A DNA stretch of 64,000 bases, taken from Roseateles sp. Its GTDB lineage: Bacteria > Pseudomonadota > Gammaproteobacteria > Burkholderiales > Burkholderiaceae_C. Both the position numbers and the translations under genes were made by a program. Below are positions 21,201-33,020 of this stretch, piece by piece. The stretch lies in contig JBKBOJ010000001.1 of assembly GCA_046294815.1 (NCBI GenBank), positions 17,380 through 81,379 of the forward strand, given 5' to 3'. Below the pieces are notes generated by a model. That model was not told where the DNA came from, made no database searches, and worked only from the letters and a program-made list of their open reading frames with translations. Within the stretch, counting starts at the first letter, position 1, and each line of letters opens with the position of its first letter.

Positions 21201-23443
21201 GCCCAGCGCGCGTTCACGCGGGTCTCGCCGGTCTGGGCGTTCCACTCCCAGGTGCCGGCACCCGTCCCTTCGAGGATGTTGCTCAACCGGCTGCGCTCGT
21301 TTTGCAGGTCCTGGGTTTGTTCCGCGACGCGGCGCGCCAGGTCGGCATTCAGCGCGGCGAGCCGCCCCTGGTGGCGCTGCTGAAGGCGCCAGTACAGAAA
21401 GAGCAGGCCGTACAGCAGGCCCCCGAGCACGGCCGGCGCGAGCATCCGCGCTTGCCACTGCTCCATCACCTCTTCATTCAGAGCGCGGGCGGGCACGACC
21501 GCCCGGTAGATGACGCGCGCGCTGCGGTCACCCGGGTTCGGGTCAATGCTGCCTTGGACGGCGAGCACCTCGCCTTGCGGGCCCCGCCAGGCGCGCAGAC
21601 GGCCCGCCGGGGTGTCGATGCCCAGCGGCGCCGGTGTGTAGCGATCCGACCAGCCCTCACCCGGCGGCCCCTCCAGCAGCCCTTGGCGCGTCAGCCAGCG
21701 TTCCTCGCTGTTCAGCACATGCAGACTGCCACCCCAAGGCAGCCGCAATGCGTCGGCGGTGAAGCGCGCGGAGACGTCGACGTCTATCTCCAGCACCCCG
21801 AACAGCGCCGCACCATCCAACACCGGCAGCGTGTAGCGGATGATTTGTCGCAGCGGCTCAGCACCGGGATCCGATCGCTTCTGCGCCTCGACCGGGTGAA
21901 TCCAGGCTTCGCCGCGCAGCAGACGGCCGCGCAAATCAGCCAGCACCCGCAGCCGGGCCGGGTCGGGCGATTGATCAAACAGCACCGCCGCGCCCTCACT
22001 GGCGCCGTCTGCCGCGCGCCGCCAGGTGACCAACTGGCTGGCGGTCCCGGCCAGGCGAATCAGCCGCAGTTCCTGGGCGTCTGGGTTGGCCTGGGCATAG
22101 GCGCCGAAGATCAGCGCCATGCGCTGTTGCCAAAAACGCGTGCTGGAGCCGTCCAGCGGGTCACGGCCACTGCGCTGGCTGCGGATCAGGCCGTCCACCG
22201 GCGGGGTTCCGCGCAGATAGAGCACGGCGGTCTTGCGGCCCCTCATGGCGGTTTCGCCGACGCTAGTGCGCTGGTCGACCAGGGTCTGCAATTCCCGTTC
22301 AAAGCGCGCCGCCACTGCCTCCCGCACCTGCCACCAGGCGAGGGCGGCATAGGTGCCGCCCACGGCGAGCAGGGCCAGCAAAGACCAACGGGCCAAGGGG
22401 CTGCGAACGAAGTCCGTCAATCCGGTCCCCGACCGCTCGCTGGCCGTTTCGGCCGACGGCGTGTCGGTGGCCAGGCGCGTGATCAGGGCCAACAGCAGGC
22501 TCAGCAAGCCGCCCAGCGCCAGCACCAGCCAGACCGGCGCCAGGCGGGACTCAAGCGGCAGTGCCGGGCTGGCCAGCAGTTGCAATCGCCAGGTGCGCCC
22601 GAACACCGACAGCGTCCGCTCGGTGCTGGGCATGCGATGGGTCGTCGTGGCGGCCTGGTTGGGGTGCGTTTCAAAAAACGGGCGGGACTCATCACGCTCG
22701 CCCAAGGCGATGCTGACCAGGGGGAAGGTTTCCACCAGAGGCTTGAGCACCTCTTCGGCGAGCAGGGGGGCATAGGCCCAGCCCAGGGTGACGGCGAGGC
22801 GTGCGTCGCCGTCTTCGGGCAGAGCGCCGGGCGCATAGACCGGCAGCAGCATCAGGAAGCCCTGGCGCGGCTTCTGGTCGGCCTGCACCAGGGTGATCGG
22901 GCCGGTCAATCGAACGGAGGCCGTGCGCGCGGCGTCGAGCGCGGCGTCGCGGCGGTTGCGCTCCGAGGCAATGTCCAGGCCCGTTGCCCCCTGGTTGGCC
23001 GCCTGGGGGTAGATGTACTCGATGACGAATCGTTCGCCCGGGTTGGGGGCCAACTCGCGCACCTCAAAGTTCGCCATCCCATCCGCACGTGCCCGGCGCA
23101 GTGCTTCAGCCTCGTGTCCGAGCGGCCAACGCCGGATGAAACCGAAGCCGCGCGCGCCGGGAAACTCGCGCGACAGCTCCCAGCCCTGGGTGTAGGCGGC
23201 AAGAGTTTCTCGACGGATGGCGGCGCCGCCGCCGGCGAGTATGGCGCCGCGCATACTGCGCAGACCGTATTCATAGAGGCCAAAGCGGCTCTCTACTTGC
23301 TGCGCCACCCGATCCGCCTGGCGTGCCAGCTCCTGTGCCAGCCGTTGCTCGTTCTCCAGGCTCAACCAGCTGCTGGCGATGCCGGTGGCGATCAGCCCGA
23401 GCAGGCCAACCCAGAACCAGGCCCTTCCGACATAGCTGTGCAT
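18250..23443 (-). pseudogene. Hybrid histidine kinase (CHASE, second periplasmic domain, 2x PAS, HisKA, HATPase, REC, REC, Hpt) with a +1 frameshift at a G8 tract near the 3' end
   Basis: CHASE motifs FPGARGFGFI, GLDIASE..RR.A, TGPITLVQ; H-box; Hpt HRLRGSA. Similarity to the two paralogues switches from ORF 18320..23443 to ORF 18250..18648 at the C8 run 18602-18609. Could be a real frameshift, phase variation or a sequencing error. Confidence 0.85.
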
Positions 23444-23565
23444 TGCCTTGGTATTCCTTGTTCAGCGCGCTAAGTCGCAGTTCGATCAGCGGATACTTGC
23501 TGGGTGAATGCGCCGGAGAATAGCTGGCCCGTGCCACACGAAGTGCGGGGGGAATTCATGAGGGA

Positions 23566-25332
23566 GTGGACTCGATGTTGAACAAGCCCCGCCTGTTGCT
23601 GGTCGACGACGACACCGTCACGCTTCAGGTCTTGAGCAAAACCCTGGCTCCGTACGCGCGCATGCGCTTCGCGCGCAGCGGTGCCGAAGCGCTCAAGGCG
23701 ATTGAAGCGGAGCCGCCGGACCTGCTCATCCTGGACATCAACATGCCGGGCATGGGCGGCATGGAGGTGCTGGCTCAACTGCGGGCTCGGCCCGCCAGCG
23801 CGCAACTGCCCGTCATCCTCGTGACCAGTGCCAGCGACGACGCCCTGGAAGCGACGGCCTTGCAGATCGGCGCGCAGGACTTCATCCGCAAGCCCTTCCA
23901 GCCTGAGGTGCTGGTCGACCGGATGAGGGCCTTGCTGCGGTTGTCGACGCTGCGCACGCGCCAGCCGCTCGGTCTGGAGCCTCGAAGCGCTCGCATCCTG
24001 CTGGTGGATGACGACCCCTTGGCGATCGAATCGCTGCGCGCCTCTCTGGCCCCGCTGGGCGCCCAGCTGATGGCGGCGGCCGATGGCGAACAGGGGCTGG
24101 CCATGATGCAGGCCGATGTGCCCGACTTGGTGCTGCTGGATGCCCAGATGCCAAGCCTGGACGGCTATGCGGTGTGCCAGGCCATGCAGGCCGATCCGGT
24201 GCTGGCCCAAGTGCCGGTGGCATTCGTCAGTGTTCATGCCGAGGCCAAGTTCGAGACCCTCGGATTTGCGGTGGGCGCTTCCGACTTCCTGGCCAAGCCG
24301 TTCAAGCCCGATGTGCTGCTGGCCCGGGTGCGCAAGCTGCTGCAGTTGCGCAGCGAGCGTGAAGAGGCCGCCAGCGCCATCGCGGCGCAGTGGCAGGAAC
24401 TCGGGGACCGGCGCGTGGCCGAGTTGGTGTCGGTGGCCTCTGATGCGATCGTCTCGGTGGACGGCGCCGGTGTGGTGCGGCTGATGAACAAGGCGGCCGC
24501 CGCGCTGTTCGGCGTCTCCGTCGAGCGCGCCGTGGGTCAAGAGGCCGACGCGGTGTTGCCCGGCTGGATGGCGCTGGGCTTTGCCAGCGAGACCATGGAA
24601 CTGGCCAATGAACGGCGGCGCAGCGGTCGCGCTGGGCGCACCTTTAAGCTCTTCCGTGGCGACGGCACGGCCCGCTCGGTGGAGCCGGTGGTGTTCCAAC
24701 AGGGCGCCGGGGCCCACCGCATCACCACCGTCGTGCTGCGCGATGCGACCGATCGAGTCGCGGCCGAACAACGTCGCGAAGCTCACCGCGATGCCGTGGT
24801 CGCCGCGGCGGTGCAGCTCGCGCTGTTCCAGGCCCTGGCCAATGGCGAACAGTCGGCGGCGGATTGGGTGGCCCTGGCCCAGGGGCGCATGGCGCTGCCC
24901 ATCGCGGCGCCCGATCTGGCTGCCTTCGACCTCTCCCTGGTGTTGGCGCAGCTTGAAACATGGGGCCTGACGCAAGATCCCCCCATTCGTCTGAGCTTGG
25001 CCCTGCCGACCAGGACCTTGGGCGCGTTGGGCAACGCCGACCATCTCCGCCATGGAATGCAGAAGTTTCTAACGGCGATGGCGGGGGCCAGCGAGCAAAG
25101 CCTGCAGCTGGAGATCAGTTGCAAGGCAGAGGAAGCCATCCGATTGACGCTGGGCTGGGGCGCGAGCTCAGGCCCTCTCGTGTCGATCGACTCCCCGGCC
25201 ATCCGACTTGCGCTGATGCAAATGGGGGCAGGAGGGGCGGTCGCAGACACAGGCAGCGGCGCTGATCACACAACGGGGCTCTTGAGATTCAGCTTGCTCA
25301 GGCCGTCTGCCGCGGTGGAGATCGTCCACTGA
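23566..25332 (+). CDS. REC-REC-PAS protein with a degenerate histidine-kinase-like C-terminus
   Basis: Two intact REC domains (LLILDINMP..IRKPF; LVLLDAQMP..LAKPF), PAS (DAIVSVDGAGVVRLMNKAAAALFG), then an HK-like tail lacking H/N/G boxes. Start is 23566 or 23575. Confidence 0.8.
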   Translation: MDSMLNKPRLLLVDDDTVTLQVLSKTLAPYARMRFARSGAEALKAIEAEPPDLLILDINMPGMGGMEVLAQLRARPASAQLPVILVTSASDDALEATALQIGAQDFIRKPFQPEVLVDRMRALLRLSTLRTRQPLGLEPRSARILLVDDDPLAIESLRASLAPLGAQLMAAADGEQGLAMMQADVPDLVLLDAQMPSLDGYAVCQAMQADPVLAQVPVAFVSVHAEAKFETLGFAVGASDFLAKPFKPDVLLARVRKLLQLRSEREEAASAIAAQWQELGDRRVAELVSVASDAIVSVDGAGVVRLMNKAAAALFGVSVERAVGQEADAVLPGWMALGFASETMELANERRRSGRAGRTFKLFRGDGTARSVEPVVFQQGAGAHRITTVVLRDATDRVAAEQRREAHRDAVVAAAVQLALFQALANGEQSAADWVALAQGRMALPIAAPDLAAFDLSLVLAQLETWGLTQDPPIRLSLALPTRTLGALGNADHLRHGMQKFLTAMAGASEQSLQLEISCKAEEAIRLTLGWGASSGPLVSIDSPAIRLALMQMGAGGAVADTGSGADHTTGLLRFSLLRPSAAVEIVH

Positions 25333-25468
25333 CTGAGGCTGGCCGCTGATGCCCGGCCGTCTTTGTCGGGCAGCCGCGTGCTGCCATCCACGCGCTGTCG
25401 CTGCGGTGCAAATGCAGCCCCACGGGCGCTGCCACCGCGAGCTTCGGTCTGGCCTGCTGGGGCGTCCC

Positions 25469-26227
25469 TCACGCGTAGCGCGTGGCCCGATCCTCCCGCA
25501 CGAAAGCCCACAGCCGCAGGCCCAGCCGCTCGGCACTCTGGATGGCCAGGCTGCTGGGGGCAGACACACAGGCCAGCAGGCCCACGCCGGCCATGGCTGC
25601 CTTGTGCACCAGCTCGTGGCTGGCGCGGCTGGACAGCGCGACGAAGCCCGGACCAGCCAGCTTCAGGCGGGCGCGTGCGCCGACGAGCTTGTCCAGCGCG
25701 TTGTGACGGCCGACGTCCTCGCGGGCCAGCAGCACGCGGCCGTCTGTCGCGCACCAGGCTGCGCCGTGCAGGCCGCCGCAGCGGGCGTTCAGCACCTGTG
25801 CCTCGGCCAGCTCGGCCATCGCCCGCGCCAGCGCGCCGGCCGCCAGCGTGGGCGCCTGCACCGGTGCCGGTTGCAGCGCGCCGAAGTCGGCCAGGCTCTC
25901 CAGTCCGCACAGGCCGCAGCCGGTGCGGCCTGCCAACTGGCGGCGGCGGCGCTTGAGCCGCTGCTCGCGCGCGGCGGTGACCCGCAGCGCCAGCACCAGG
26001 CCCAGTTCATGCGGCTGGCACTCCAGGTCCAGCAGCTCGCCGGGCTGGTCAATCCAGCCCTCGGCCAGCGCAAAGCCGAGTGCGAAGTCTTCCAGGTCGG
26101 CAGGGGTGGCCAGCATGACGGCCTGGGAAACACCGTTGACCGTCAGCGCCATCGGCATCTCGACGGCCACCTCTTCGTCCCCTGCGGCGCCGGGCGGCCG
26201 CAGCCTGAGCAAGGCGCTGGATTGCAT
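25469..26227 (-). CDS. fdhD: Formate dehydrogenase accessory sulfurtransferase
   Basis: AVMLATPADLEDFALGF, TGCGLCG, GGLHGAA, REDVGRHNALDKLVG, SSRAS.ELV.K, SAPSSLA; start ATG 26227. Confidence 0.93.
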   Translation of the reverse strand: MQSSALLRLRPPGAAGDEEVAVEMPMALTVNGVSQAVMLATPADLEDFALGFALAEGWIDQPGELLDLECQPHELGLVLALRVTAAREQRLKRRRRQLAGRTGCGLCGLESLADFGALQPAPVQAPTLAAGALARAMAELAEAQVLNARCGGLHGAAWCATDGRVLLAREDVGRHNALDKLVGARARLKLAGPGFVALSSRASHELVHKAAMAGVGLLACVSAPSSLAIQSAERLGLRLWAFVREDRATRYA

Positions 26228-26523
26228 GTCCAGGATGATAGGAGGGGCCACGCCTGCCGCCTGATCGCTTGCGCCGATCGCGCCCATGCGCTGGCTGCCG
26301 AACATGCGCGGAACGCGAGCTCAAGCACAGCGAGAGCCGCGTGGCGCAGCGCCAGCTCTCCGACTTGGTCGGGTAGCGGTTCGAGAAGGGCGCACAGGTC
26401 CGCCGTGTCGAACCTGTGCGCCGGTGCGAGTTGCCAGCCTATGGGCCCCAGCCGGTCGTGCAGCTCGGCGCTGCCGCAGTCGATGCAGCGCCTGCTGCCG
26501 GCGTCAGGGCGATGGCGCGCCGC

Positions 26524-28200
26524 TTACATGCCGGCGTAGTTGGGCCCGCCGCCGCCTTCGGGCGTGACCCAGACGATGTTCTGCGTCGGGTCCTTGATGT
26601 CGCAGGTTTTGCAGTGCACGCAGTTCTGCGCGTTGATCTGCAGCCGCTCGCCACCCCCCGCTTCATTCGGCACGAACTCGTAGACGCCGGCCGGGCAGTA
26701 GCGGCTTTCGGGGCCCGCGTACGTGGCGAGGTTGACCTGCACCGGCACCGCGGGGTTCTTCAGCGTCAGGTGGGCGGGCTGGTTCTCCTCGTGGTTGGTG
26801 TTGGAGATGAACACCGACGAGAGCCGGTCGAAGCTCAGTTTGCCGTCCGGCTTGGGGTAGGCGATGGGCTGGCAGGCCGCGGCCGGGCGCAGGGCCTGGT
26901 GGTCGGCCTTGTGGTTGTGCAGCGTCCACGGCGGGCTTTGCACGCCCAGCTTGGGCAGCAGCCACTGCTCGATGCCGGTCATCAGCTGGCCGGTGGTCTT
27001 GCCCTTCTTGAACCAGAGCTTGAAGTTGCGGGTCTGCTGCAGCTCCTCATGGAGCCAGCTCTTCTCGAAGGCCTCGGGGTAGGCGCTCAGCTCGTCCTGC
27101 GCGCGGCCGGCGGCGAGTGCGTCGGCCAGGGCTTCGGCGGCCAGCATGCCGCTCTTGATGGCGGCGTGGCTGCCCTTGATGCGCGCCGCGTTCAGGTAGC
27201 CGGCATCGCAGCCCACCAGGCAGCCGCCGGGGAAGACTGTCTTGGGCAGGGCCTGGGGCGTGCCGTTGTTGATGGCGCGCGCGCCGTAGCCGATGCGCTT
27301 GCCGCCCTCGATGTGGGCGCGGATGGCCGGGTGGGTCTTCCAGCGCTGCATCTCCTCGAACGGAGAGAGATACGGGTTGTCGTAGTCCAGGCCGATGACG
27401 AAGCCTAGCGTCACCTTGTTGTCGTCCAGGTGGTAGAGGAAGCCGCCGCCGAAGGTGTCGCCCTCCATCGGCCAGCCGGCGGTGTGCACGACCTTGCCCG
27501 GCTGGGCCTTGTCCGCCGGGACTTCCCACAGCTCCTTGATGCCGATGGCAAAGGTCTGCGTGTCGCGCCCTTCGGTGAGCTTGAACTTCTCCAGCAACTG
27601 CTTGCCCAGATGGCCGCGGGCGCCCTCGGCGAACACGGTGTATTTGCCGAGCAGCTCCATGCCAAGCTGGAAGTGGTCGGTGGGCTCGCCGTTCTTGCCC
27701 AGGCCCATGTTGCCGGTGGCGACACCGCGCACGCGGCCCTGCTCGTCGTACAGCACCTCGGCTGCGGCAAAGCCCGGGAAGATTTCGATGCCCAGGCTCT
27801 CGGCCTGCTGGGCCATCCACTTGACCACGTCGCTCAAGCTGATGACGTAGCAGCCCTGATTGTGGAAGTTGCGCGGCACCAGCCAGTCGGGCGTGCGCTT
27901 GGCGCCGGTCTCGCTGAGAAACAGCACGTCGTCGCCGGTCACGGCCTGCTTCAGCGGCGCGCCCAGCTCCTGCCAGTTCGGGAACAGTTCGGTGATGGCG
28001 CGCGGGTCCATCACCGCGCCAGAGAGGATGTGGGCACCGGGCTCCGAGCCCTTCTCCAGCACGACGATGTTGGCATCGGGCTTGGCTTGCTTGAGCCGGA
28101 TGGCCGTCGCCAGGCCCGCCGGGCCGGCGCCGACGACCACCACGTCGTACTCCATCGACTCGCGGGGGCCGAACTGGGCCAGGATTTCTTCTGAGGTCAT
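26524..28200 (-). CDS. etfD: Electron transfer flavoprotein-ubiquinone oxidoreductase
   Basis: RESMEYDVVVVGAGPAGL, HILSGA, CPAGVYE, INAQNCVHCKTCDIKDP...PEGGGGPNY. Confidence 0.96.
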   Translation of the reverse strand: MTSEEILAQFGPRESMEYDVVVVGAGPAGLATAIRLKQAKPDANIVVLEKGSEPGAHILSGAVMDPRAITELFPNWQELGAPLKQAVTGDDVLFLSETGAKRTPDWLVPRNFHNQGCYVISLSDVVKWMAQQAESLGIEIFPGFAAAEVLYDEQGRVRGVATGNMGLGKNGEPTDHFQLGMELLGKYTVFAEGARGHLGKQLLEKFKLTEGRDTQTFAIGIKELWEVPADKAQPGKVVHTAGWPMEGDTFGGGFLYHLDDNKVTLGFVIGLDYDNPYLSPFEEMQRWKTHPAIRAHIEGGKRIGYGARAINNGTPQALPKTVFPGGCLVGCDAGYLNAARIKGSHAAIKSGMLAAEALADALAAGRAQDELSAYPEAFEKSWLHEELQQTRNFKLWFKKGKTTGQLMTGIEQWLLPKLGVQSPPWTLHNHKADHQALRPAAACQPIAYPKPDGKLSFDRLSSVFISNTNHEENQPAHLTLKNPAVPVQVNLATYAGPESRYCPAGVYEFVPNEAGGGERLQINAQNCVHCKTCDIKDPTQNIVWVTPEGGGGPNYAGM

Positions 28201-28253
28201 GCGGGGCTCCATGCGCTTTGATTTGCGCGGGATTCTAGAGAGGCTGGGTCGTA

Positions 28254-28273
28254 AATCGAACGATCGTGCTTTT
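28254..28273. promoter_or_regulatory. Putative TetR-family (FadP-like) operator between etfD and the SDR gene
   Basis: Imperfect palindrome AATCGAACGATCGTGCTTTT with core ACGATCGT; resembles the Burkholderiales fatty-acid regulator motif as I recall it. Confidence 0.6.
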
Positions 28274-28344
28274 TTAGTGGCGAAGGTCTAGGCGTCTGTC
28301 GCTAGGCAGCTAGGATGGCCGCAATCCACTCCAAAGGCAGTCTC

Positions 28345-29127
28345 ATGAGTTACGCCATCAACCTTGAAGGCCGCGTAGCCTTGATCACCGGAGCGTCCAG
28401 CGGCCTGGGCGCGCAGTTTGCGCGCACGCTGTCCCAGGCCGGTGCCTGCGTCGTGCTGTCCGGGCGCCGCATCGAGCGGCTGAAGGACTTGCGCGCCGAG
28501 ATCGAGGGCAGCGGCGGCGACGCCCATGTCGTGCAGCTGGACGTGACCGATGTGGCCAGCATCAAGGCTGCCGTCGCCCATGCCGAGACCGAGGTTGGCA
28601 CGCTGGACATCCTGGTCAACAACTCGGGCGTCTCCACGACGCAGCGGCTCACCGACGTGACCGAGAACGACTACGACTACGTGATGGACACCAACACCCG
28701 CGGCGCCTTCTTCGTCGCGCAAGAGGTGGGCAAGCGCATGTTGGCCCGCGCACGCGGCGCGGCGCCGGGCACCTTCATCGGCGGGCGCATCGTCAACGTG
28801 GCCTCCATGGCCGGGCTGCGGGTGCTAGGCCAGATCGGCGTCTATGCGATGAGCAAGGCGGCCGTCATCCATATGACGCGCGCCATGGCGCTGGAGTGGG
28901 GCAAGTACGGCATCAACGTGAACGCCATCTGTCCCGGCTACATCGATACCGAGATCAACCACCACCACTGGGGCACAGAGCAGGGCAAAAAGCTCATCGA
29001 CCTGCTGCCGCGCAAGCGCGTCGGCCAGCCCCGGGACCTGGACACCGCGCTGCTGATGCTGTGCGCCAACGAGAGCCATTTCATCAACGGTGCGGTCATC
29101 CAGGCCGATGATGGATTCGGAGTCTGA
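28345..29127 (+). CDS. SDR-family oxidoreductase
   Basis: TGASSGLG, NNSG, YAMSK (YxxxK), NAICPG. Confidence 0.92.
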   Translation: MSYAINLEGRVALITGASSGLGAQFARTLSQAGACVVLSGRRIERLKDLRAEIEGSGGDAHVVQLDVTDVASIKAAVAHAETEVGTLDILVNNSGVSTTQRLTDVTENDYDYVMDTNTRGAFFVAQEVGKRMLARARGAAPGTFIGGRIVNVASMAGLRVLGQIGVYAMSKAAVIHMTRAMALEWGKYGINVNAICPGYIDTEINHHHWGTEQGKKLIDLLPRKRVGQPRDLDTALLMLCANESHFINGAVIQADDGFGV

Positions 29128-29751
29128 ATGCTCAAGCGAGACCTGACGCCCCTGGAGGCGCGCGTGCTGGCGGTGCTGGTGGAGAAGGAGCACACGGTGC
29201 CCGACAGCTACCCGTTGTCGGCCAATGCGCTGACCTCCGGCTGCAACCAGAAGACGGCGCGCGACCCGGTCATGGACGTGAGCGAGGCCGAGGTGCTGGC
29301 CGCCGTCGAGGAGTTGAAGACGCTCAGCCTGGTCAACATCGTCAGCGGCAGCCGTGTGCTGCGCTACGAGCACAACTTCGCGCGCGGCCTGGGCCTGCCC
29401 GGGGCGGCCGTGGCCTTGCTGACGCAGCTGATGCTGCGCGGCCCGCAGACGGCGGCCGAGCTGCGCCAGAACACCGAGCGGCTGCACCGCTTTGCCGACG
29501 TGTCGTCGGTGGAGGGGTTCCTCGAAGAACTGGCCGAGCGCCAGAAGCCCTTGGCCATCAAGCTGCCCAAGGCGCCCGGCGCCCGCGAGGCGCGCTGGGC
29601 GCACCTGCTGTGCGGGCCGGTCGCGTCGGTCGAGCAGGCCGCGGCGGCAGCCATGCCGCGCGACGAGGAGGTGGCCTTGCTGCGCGCGGAGGTGGCATCG
29701 CTGCGCCAGCTGGTCCACCGCATCGCCGCAGAGCTGGGCATTCAGCCATGA
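29128..29751 (+). CDS. YceH/DUF480-family protein
   Basis: EARVL.VLVEKE.TVPDSYPLS.NAL..GCNQKT.RDPVM, LMLRGPQT..ELR, RWAHLL. Confidence 0.88.
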   Translation: MLKRDLTPLEARVLAVLVEKEHTVPDSYPLSANALTSGCNQKTARDPVMDVSEAEVLAAVEELKTLSLVNIVSGSRVLRYEHNFARGLGLPGAAVALLTQLMLRGPQTAAELRQNTERLHRFADVSSVEGFLEELAERQKPLAIKLPKAPGAREARWAHLLCGPVASVEQAAAAAMPRDEEVALLRAEVASLRQLVHRIAAELGIQP

Positions 29752-30167
29752 GGTACGTCGTTCCCTCAGCCAAGAAGCTGACCTACGAGTGCCGCATCCC
29801 GATGCGCTGGGGCGACATGGACGCGATGGGCCACATCAACAACACGCTGTATTTCCGCTACCTGGAGATTGCCCGTGTGGACTGGCTCACCCGCATCGGC
29901 GCGCCGCCCAACCCGGGCGGGCAGGGGCCGGTCATCGTCAACGCGTTCTGCAACTTCTACCGGCAGTTGAAAGCGCCGGGCGAGGTGCTGGCGAAGCACT
30001 ACGTCAGCGACCCCGGCCGCACGAGCTTCGAGACCTGGATCACGCTGGAGCGCTGCGACGAGCCGGGCATCATTTACGCCGAGGGCGGGGCCACCACGCT
30101 GTGGTTTGACGCCCAGACCGACCGGGCCGTGGCCCTGCCGGATTGGGTGCGCCAGATCGTCAGCTGA
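29748..30167 (+). CDS. Acyl-CoA thioesterase (4HBT/YbgC family)
   Basis: RWGDMDAMGHINN..YFRY.E.AR; ATG 29748 overlaps the upstream stop. Confidence 0.9.
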   Translation: MRYVVPSAKKLTYECRIPMRWGDMDAMGHINNTLYFRYLEIARVDWLTRIGAPPNPGGQGPVIVNAFCNFYRQLKAPGEVLAKHYVSDPGRTSFETWITLERCDEPGIIYAEGGATTLWFDAQTDRAVALPDWVRQIVS

Positions 30168-30170
30168 GCG

Positions 30171-32861
<2,691 letters not shown>

Positions 32862-33020
32862 CGGGGCGTCTCCATGCAGTGGTATGCGTCAGTCTAGGCA
32901 CGGTGGCGTCAGTTGCCTGCGATGGGCGGGGTGAACGTCTCGTCTTCACCACGGGCGCAGCGCCAGGCTGTCGTTGGCGCTCTGTCATCATGCGCGCTCT
33001 GCTTCAGGAGGGTATCGGGC

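Noticed and set aside
19694-23473. 1259-aa plus-strand ORF, and similar long ORFs such as 32988..35849, 44255..46684 and 58706..61114
   Set aside because: Antisense shadows of real genes caused by high-GC codon bias; no recognisable motifs.
25333-26523. Search for an attR copy of the tRNA-Ser 3' end and for an integrase or transposase
   Set aside because: No direct repeat of the tRNA end and no recombinase seen by eye, so no mobile element is called.
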